NCBI GenBank assembly: GCA_020184695.1
Contig: JAANOX010000132.1
Span: forward strand, 37,331 to 101,330
Origin: Histomonas meleagridis 2922-C6/04-290x
Taxonomy: Eukaryota > Protista > Parabasalia
Length of the DNA stretch: 64,000 bases
Reading direction: 5' to 3'
Shown: positions 58,001-64,000 of the stretch, piece after piece
How the letters are laid out: each line of letters starts with the position of its first letter
Numbering within the stretch: the first letter of the stretch is position 1
The notes under the pieces: generated by a model
What the model was told of the DNA's origin: nothing
The model's database searches: none
What the model saw: the letters and a program-made list of their open reading frames with translations, nothing else
Translations under genes and position numbers: made by a program

Positions 58001-58814
58001 AATTTGATGTAAATTATATAAATTTTATATTTTGTAATAGCACATGGAATTTTCTCAAGTAATTTGAAACAGCGCTTATTTTAGCAACTAGATATAGTCA
58101 TATTGAAGTAATTAAATTGTTACTTGAAGATGAAAATATTGATTTCGATGCTAAAAATATTTTTTTGATATTTTCAATATTTGTTCTATAAAAACGAAAT
58201 TTTAAAATAACATTTGGAAATTATTCAAAATACATATGACGGCACTTATTTATGCATCTGAAAATGGTCTTACAGAAATTGTTAAAATACTTCTTGCACA
58301 AGACGGAATTGATTTCAATGCTCGAGAAATTTTTTTGGCTTATTTAAATATCGATTTAATTTTTTTGGAACATTTTAAAATAAAATTTGGAAATTATGTA
58401 AAATATTTAATACATCATTAATTTTTGCAACTAAAAAGGGCTATACTGATATAGTTAAACTACTTCTTGAAAAAGAAGGAATAAATGTTAATGCTAAAGG
58501 AATTAATTTCGTTTTCCCACAGATTATTTCAAAAAATTTGGGTTTCAAATATATTTTCGGAAATTACTAAAAATATTTGATACAGCACTTATTTGTGCAT
58601 CTCAATATGGCTTTACTGAAATAGTTAAACTGCTTCTTGAGCAAAAAGGAATTGATATCAATATAAAAAATATTCATTTATTTGAGTTAATGTTTATTTA
58701 ATATATTTAGTGATTAAATGAAATGCATGGGATTTTTACAAATTGTATAAAACAGCGCTTATGGTTGCATCAGAAAATATGCATTTTGAAATTGTTAATT
58801 TATTAAATAAGTGA
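55002..58814 (+). CDS. DUF3447-like + long ankyrin-repeat protein, about 61 inserts (ankyrin gene 6)
   Basis: 16 interrupted hairpins; restored examples KSNFGRTAL, KDNTGNTAL, QNDNGETSL, KGDYGETAL, KNNEGMTAL, KNNSGKTAL; stop TGA 58812-58814. Confidence 0.78.
56178..58748 (+). other. Array of 17-nt inserts (gene 6)
   Basis: Mostly 57+17 spacing; deviations are whole codons (37, 43, 54, 60) except one 18-nt insert. Confidence 0.85.
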
Positions 58815-59196
58815 TATGACTTTCCTTTGTAAAATTGGATCCAGCTTGTTGGTATATAATAAAGTAATATGTATACATGTTGTTATTTAAATTTAGAACA
58901 ATTTTTTGACTAATTTCAACGCTTTAATATAAATTATTGTAGCACATATTTTCTTATAATCAGACACACATTTTCGCTCCGATTATTGTATTCCTTGTAA
59001 TTGATTAATTGGGCAAGAATACAGAAAGCACTTTTGTCGGCAAAATTTTTCACGTAAATCACATAAAAATCAATAAAAAACGATCAGCTCCGATCGATAA
59101 TATAACAAAAAGTCACTCAGAAGTTTTCGGTCACACTTTTACATAAGAAGCGCGGTTATTGCGGTTATCAAACAAAACAACAAATCTTAAAGACAA

Positions 59197-60816
59197 ATGA
59201 ATGTACAATACGCGGCACATAACTATTTCCAATTGATCTTGAACAATGCAGTTGGTATCAAGACAGTTATTCTTGATGATGAAACAATGAAATTTATTAG
59301 CGTTGCAATGACCAAAAATGAATTATTCAAGCAAGAAGTAGCCTTAATTGAAATAATCAAAGATAGGTTTAATTCCAAAGCAAGACCTCCTTCAGCTGAT
59401 ATGGATTGTATTTGCATTGTAAGACCTACTCATGAAAATATTGAGTTAATCAAGGAAGAACTTCAAAATCCACAATTCAGACGCTACGAACTTGTTTTTA
59501 CTAATACTATTTTAGATGAATCACTTAAGGGAATTGCCTTATCTGATACTCGAGAACTTGTTCATTCAGTTCAAGAAGTTTTTATTGATTTTTCAGCACT
59601 TAATGGACGACTCTTTTCTCTTGACATTCCAGACATTAGTAATTTCCGGAGGAATCCAAACAGTTTTGTATATTCATCAGAAATCATCCAAAGGCTTTTA
59701 GCGGTATTATGTTCGTTACGTATCAAACCTGTTATTCGTTATGAGAGAAGTTCAGAATCGTGTAAATCTATTGCCGAAGGTCTTAGTAAGTGTATTACCG
59801 TTGACAAATCTACCAAAAATTTATTTGAAAGTGATTATCGTAACGCCACATTATTAATATTAGATCGTCGGAGTGATCCAGTTTCACCACTTATCCATTT
59901 CTTTGATTATTCCAGTTCATTACATGAATTTTTCACCATTGACCACAACACAATTACCACTGATGATGAACAAAAGTTTATCATTGATGAGAGAACTGAT
60001 CCTAAGTCCAAAGAGTTCTTCAACTCATATCTTGAAGATGCCCTCAAAATGATCACGACACGTTACAACCAGTTCAAAAAGGGAACTTCACCGCAAAACA
60101 ATGACGACACGAATCAGTTATTCCTTCAGAACATCAAAGGCAGTCAAGAAGGTGTTTATTTGTCGACACATTTAACGTTAGGAAATAAGATATCTGAGTA
60201 TGTGAACAACAATGGACTATTAGAGATATGTGAGCTTGAGCATATCATCGCAGGAACTGAATCAATTGACGATAGAGATGTCATCGAACTCATCAACAAA
60301 AGTAATAACTTCGATGCGTTAAAAATCGCATTAATTTACTCGTTACATTTCGAAGGCGAAAGAGATTTAAGAAGAATTAAAGAAGTTTTAATGAACAAAG
60401 GCGGCTGGAAAAACAACGAAGTTAAATATATTGATACGATACTAAGAATCGCTGGTAAAAACAAAAGAAGTGGCGACTTGTTTAAGAACAAAACTGTTGG
60501 AGCGCGATTTATGAAAGGAATCAAAAGTTTATCAGGCGAGAAAAGTAAATTCGAAATATTTAAGGCGCAATTGGCAGAAATATTAAGCGATTTGAAACAA
60601 GGAAAACTTAACGAAAATGATTACCCTTGGATAAGCCCAAACAAAGAAAGCCCGAAGAAAGTGATCGTGTTTTACGTGGGCGGTACCCTGTACGAAGAAC
60701 TGAAGGTCGTGAGCGAAATGAGCCAGAACACAGATTGGGATATCATAGTGGGTGGTAATTATGTGCATAACTCGAAGTCTTTCATCGAAAATGAAATAAA
60801 ACCATTCGCTATCTAA
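59197..60816 (+). CDS. VPS45: Sec1/Munc18 family protein Vps45
   Basis: IKTVILDDET, CICIVRPT.ENI....EL.NP, LLILDRRSDPVSPL, FYVGGTLYEE, IIVGG. Confidence 0.88.
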   Translation: MNVQYAAHNYFQLILNNAVGIKTVILDDETMKFISVAMTKNELFKQEVALIEIIKDRFNSKARPPSADMDCICIVRPTHENIELIKEELQNPQFRRYELVFTNTILDESLKGIALSDTRELVHSVQEVFIDFSALNGRLFSLDIPDISNFRRNPNSFVYSSEIIQRLLAVLCSLRIKPVIRYERSSESCKSIAEGLSKCITVDKSTKNLFESDYRNATLLILDRRSDPVSPLIHFFDYSSSLHEFFTIDHNTITTDDEQKFIIDERTDPKSKEFFNSYLEDALKMITTRYNQFKKGTSPQNNDDTNQLFLQNIKGSQEGVYLSTHLTLGNKISEYVNNNGLLEICELEHIIAGTESIDDRDVIELINKSNNFDALKIALIYSLHFEGERDLRRIKEVLMNKGGWKNNEVKYIDTILRIAGKNKRSGDLFKNKTVGARFMKGIKSLSGEKSKFEIFKAQLAEILSDLKQGKLNENDYPWISPNKESPKKVIVFYVGGTLYEELKVVSEMSQNTDWDIIVGGNYVHNSKSFIENEIKPFAI

Positions 60817-61360
60817 ACATAATAATTAAACAATTTAATTTGAAATCCAAATTTTGGGGTTTTATTGTTTATAAAAGTAAATGCCGTAGAAAATATGTTC
60901 AAAATTGTAATTTAAAAGTCCATAGAAAATGCAATCATTTGAAGTTTGTTCCAATAAAGGAATCACAAAACAATGCTTCCCAAGATTGCCCTTTTAGATA
61001 AAGCACCAATTGTGAAGTATATGCTTCGGACGAATCGTTTTAACTTTTTTAACAATAATTCATAATAAATCCAGAAATAAATTTTCTCAAGGCTTTCTTT
61101 TCATAAGATACATGTATAATAATTTGATGACAATATGAAAAGGCTTATCGTAGAACCAGGGCAAAAAAGTACCCGACTTTTTGAATAGATTATATCCACT
61201 TTTTCATAACTAACCGTACCGATATAGGGTAAAAAAGTGACAGCAACAATTTTCCATTCAATTTCTTAATTCAAAATTGATTTGCCTGACAAATAATGAA
61301 TACCCATTTAATAATTTTGGTTGTCGAATATATTTGAATGCATTCAAATAATTATATGTG

Positions 61361-61606
61361 TTAAAACAATTTCATGATGTAAAGTGTTAAAATTTTTTCA
61401 TTAATGATTTTGTGTTCATCGAAATTTGCATTTGGAGTTTCCTTGTTAACGGTTTTTGATGTTTTGCAATTTCTAATATATTTTGTAATTGTTGCATATG
61501 AAATACATTGATCTTGAAGAGTCAATTTCATTTCTGTATATATTGATTTTTTATTTTTCCCTTGTAAGTGTAAGAAAATCGCAATTGATTTTCGATCGAG
61601 TTCCAT
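61361..61606 (-). mobile_element. Mariner/Tc1-like transposase N-terminal HTH remnant
   Basis: MELDRKSIAIFLHLQGKNKKSIYTEM......ISYATITKYIR resembles the mariner paired-type HTH; no DDD/E domain seen. Confidence 0.5.
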
Positions 61607-61994
61607 TTTGAACTTTTTGATAATTTCAAACGTATATTTTTTCCAATTTTCGATCAAAAAAGTACTAATATCTCATTATATCTAATTCATTATGAAACTT
61701 CATATTTATAAAAAATAAAATGTTATATACATATATTATTTATATATATTTATTAATAATTAAATATGCTCACATATGGAGATGCTACACTTAGGATTGG
61801 ACACCCTATATTTCAGCATTTTTTGGGTTTATCTTTTATTATTCTTTGCGTTTATCTTTTATCATTCTTTTCTCTTTACTTTTGTTATCCTTTTTGTTTA
61901 TCATTTAGCATTCTTTTTGTTTATCTTTCATCATTCTTTTCTTTTTATTATTATTTCCCACTGCTATATATAAGTCTAATTCTCTTATTATAGT

Positions 61995-62177
61995 TTACAT
62001 GTTGCTGAGTTTATGTCCTTCTTTCCCACATTTATGGCATCGATATGTTCTTTTTGTTTTATGTGCACCGCATTTTTTTTGGTGATCAACAAATAAAGAT
62101 TGTGTTGTGATTGGGCGACCTCTCTGTGCAATAAATTCAAGCGATCCTGTGGAACATGTTTTTACACACACACACAC
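61995..62177 (-). pseudogene. Fragment with RGRP and partial zinc knuckle (YRCHKCGKEGH)
   Basis: Cx2Cx4H without the final Cys; follows a (CA)n tract; likely a transposon-derived C-terminus. Confidence 0.4.
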
Positions 62178-62349
62178 AGCGCTATGTGAGCTTCGTGCTA
62201 CGCACTCGCTTCCACTCGCGCTACATAAACTAAAGGATGAACGGCTAAAATCGATTGAATTATCATAAATCGGTTGGTTTTGATTGAAAGTAATAAAATA
62301 TATTTAAATTCATGATGACATTTATATTTAAAATGTGTGAGGCATGACA

Positions 62350-62375
62350 AACTAACTAACTAACTAACTAACTAA
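62350..62375. repeat. (ACTA)n microsatellite
   Basis: aactaactaactaactaactaactaa. Confidence 0.9.
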
Positions 62376-62554
62376 AAAAGTTATTAGCTAAAGGAAATTC
62401 GGAAAAGCTGAATGAGTTTCTCCATTTTAGTGATTTGACGTGAATATTGCATGTTTACTGGAGCTGATGATGATAACGGGATGAGTTGGATGAGTTGTGC
62501 TGAGTTGTTGTTAATGCTATGTGGAAAGTTGTTATTAACTGAGGTTGTGAATGT

Positions 62555-62841
62555 AAAAAGTACTGTTTAAAATTTCGAGGGTTAACTTTAAAAAAAAATG
62601 AACCCTCAACGAAACGGAGAAAATGAGCATTTTTTGAAGGCTTTAACGCAAAAGTTGACGGTTGATTTATCGGAAAGAATTTAATGTTAATTCTCTGTCG
62701 AAAGTTGTAAATTCTATGTGGATTTTAGTGTTTTGAACTTAAAAAGTACCGTTAAAATTTTGAGGGTTAACTTTAACCAAAAAGTGAACCCTCAACGAAT
62801 CGGAGAAAATAAGCATTTTTTGAAGGATTTAACGCAAAAAG
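62555..62841. repeat. About 100-bp direct repeat pair (about 186-bp spacing), each with a GAGGGTT...AACCCTC inverted repeat
   Basis: aaaaagtac..aaaatt..gagggttaacttt..tgaaccctcaacgaa.cggagaaaat.agcattttttgaagg.tttaacgcaaaa at about 62555-62655 and 62741-62841. Confidence 0.9.
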
Positions 62842-62876
62842 AATATGACAAAAAAATAAATTATTTAAACTAAGTT

Positions 62877-63416
62877 TTATAATAATCCGTAAAGTTTCAT
62901 GAATTTTTTATAACGTACTTGTACTTTTTTATGATTCACGTCATACGCTCTAACAAATGCCAAACCGCGCTTATCATAACAGATTGTTAATTTTCTAAAT
63001 TTAATGTCGTTCCAGAAGAAGAAAGAATCAAGCTCAGGATCATAATAATAATCTTTAAATTTATGGTTACCGTATTCTAAAATTTCAATTGAATCTTCAT
63101 TGATTTCGTCGAAGAATTCAAAAGCTCTATCGCTATATGAAGAAGTATTTTTTAGATTTTCTGACTGATAAACCCAACGGAGATTTGAAACGTGATTGTT
63201 TGAACGATTGTGATCTATATGATCTATAAAAGGTTTGTCATCAGGATTTGGAATAAATTGTAATGCAACAATACGATGTTTAAGATATAATTTTCTGTTT
63301 AATTTACATGCAATATATCCGGTAGTTTTAATTGAAAATTCTTTAATGACTTTTTTATCATTTTTTCTTCTAATGGCATAAGGGTATTCTGTGTTAATCT
63401 CATAATTTCGGTTCAC
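62877..63416 (-). CDS. HNH endonuclease (HNH_3 type), no ATG start seen
   Basis: YLKHRIVALQFIPNPDDKPFIDHIDHNRSNNHVSNLRWV; family expanded in parabasalid mobile DNA. Confidence 0.8.
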   Translation of the reverse strand: MNRNYEINTEYPYAIRRKNDKKVIKEFSIKTTGYIACKLNRKLYLKHRIVALQFIPNPDDKPFIDHIDHNRSNNHVSNLRWVYQSENLKNTSSYSDRAFEFFDEINEDSIEILEYGNHKFKDYYYDPELDSFFFWNDIKFRKLTICYDKRGLAFVRAYDVNHKKVQVRYKKFMKLYGLL

Positions 63417-63521
63417 AACACAAATTTTCCAACTAATATTTTTATTAAAAATAAAAAATTAAATTTTTTTAAAATTAGCTTTAATTTTTTATTTTGTAAA
63501 ATCATCCGAAAGATGTTAATT

Positions 63522-63590
63522 TACTTCGTTTCGTTGAGGGTTCAAAAAAAGGGTTCACTTTTTTATTTTTTTAACCCTCAGAAATTTTGT
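63522..63590 (-). repeat. Inverted copy of the TGAACCCTCAACGAAACG motif right of the HNH gene
   Basis: cgtttcgttgagggttca is the reverse complement of the motif at about 62598-62616. Confidence 0.8.
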
Positions 63591-63806
63591 GTCACTTTTC
63601 GAGTGTCACTTTTTTTGTAAAGGTCGTTGGTTCGAGATACAGCACTATTGAATTTTTTATGGAACCACTTTTTTACAATTTCAAATAACATGTCTTTTCA
63701 TAACATTTCCGAAAAATTCATTTCGCATAACATGTTTTTTCATTTCATATCACATGTCAGTTGATGAAAAATTAACGTTCTTGATAAAATCCGTTTACGC
63801 AAAATA

Positions 63807-63964
63807 AACGGACGGAGAAAATGACGGTTGATGAATTTGAACAACCGCTGAAAGAGTAGATTGTAATAAATAAACTTTTTTTAACGGTTTTCAAAAAATT
63901 TTTTTTAAACGTTTTCTGTTTAAAATTTAACGGAAATTAACGGACGGAGAAAATGACGGTTGAA
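63807..63964 (+). repeat. Direct repeat aacggacggagaaaatgacggttga (2 copies)
   Basis: Copies at about 63807-63831 and 63939-63963; share CGGAGAAAAT with the 62.6-62.8 kb repeats. Confidence 0.85.
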
Positions 63965-64000
63965 GTTGTTGTAAAAAATATTTTGAATTATCATTTAATT

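Noticed and set aside
16224-58814. Ankyrin genes as ordinary decayed pseudogenes
   Set aside because: Interruptions have fixed length and position, the coding parts between them are almost free of stops, and removal restores consensus hairpins; true pseudogenes in this window (BspA remnants) look different.
60880-61060. Hydrophobic minus-strand fragment resembling a membrane-protein remnant
   Set aside because: Too short and interrupted to assign.
62350-62375. (ACTA)n as intron branch points or telomeric repeat
   Set aside because: Not within a gene, no matching splice sites, short and internal.
1-64000. tRNA, rRNA or canonical spliceosomal introns
   Set aside because: None recognised by eye; tRNAscan-SE or Infernal would be needed to exclude small RNAs.

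Overview
AT-rich, gene-dense eukaryotic DNA that looks parabasalid (Trichomonas/Tritrichomonas/Histomonas-like). Support: AAAGTGAC and RCGGTT core-promoter motifs and TCAYT initiators near ATGs, a hydrogenosome-type [2Fe-2S] ferredoxin with a short presequence, BspA-like and DUF3447-like ankyrin families, and no canonical spliceosomal introns seen. About 30 genes: Rpn12, MATE, TPR, C2, BspA, Atg18/WIPI, ferredoxin, FANCM, V-ATPase B, L7Ae, GT31-like, copine, a probably inactive papain, WD40, Miro-like, MEMO1, two head-to-head ABCB half-transporters, eIF3j, Pmp-like, DRC1, a short delta-COP and Vps45. There are also decayed BspA remnants and, at the right end, mobile-element remnants (mariner-like HTH, Zn knuckle, HNH gene, repeats). 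The main discovery concerns six ankyrin genes plus one fragment that look like pseudogenes in the ORF track. Their repeats are interrupted by roughly 200 (manual count) AT-rich inserts of almost exactly 17 nt with no GT-AG ends. The inserts sit between single codons of the ankyrin D-x-x-G-x-T hairpin, in the pattern D[17]x[17]x[17]G[17]xT. Removing them restores consensus hairpins (KDKDGQTAL, KNRNGNTPL, KDDEGETAL, KDREGWTAI) and near-continuous ORFs. I know of no description of this; it suggests a fixed-length, non-canonical excision or recoding system with 3-nt exons. The mechanism is inference and needs RNA or protein data. Many supplied ORFs start at GTG/TTG, so starts were moved to ATG where supported.
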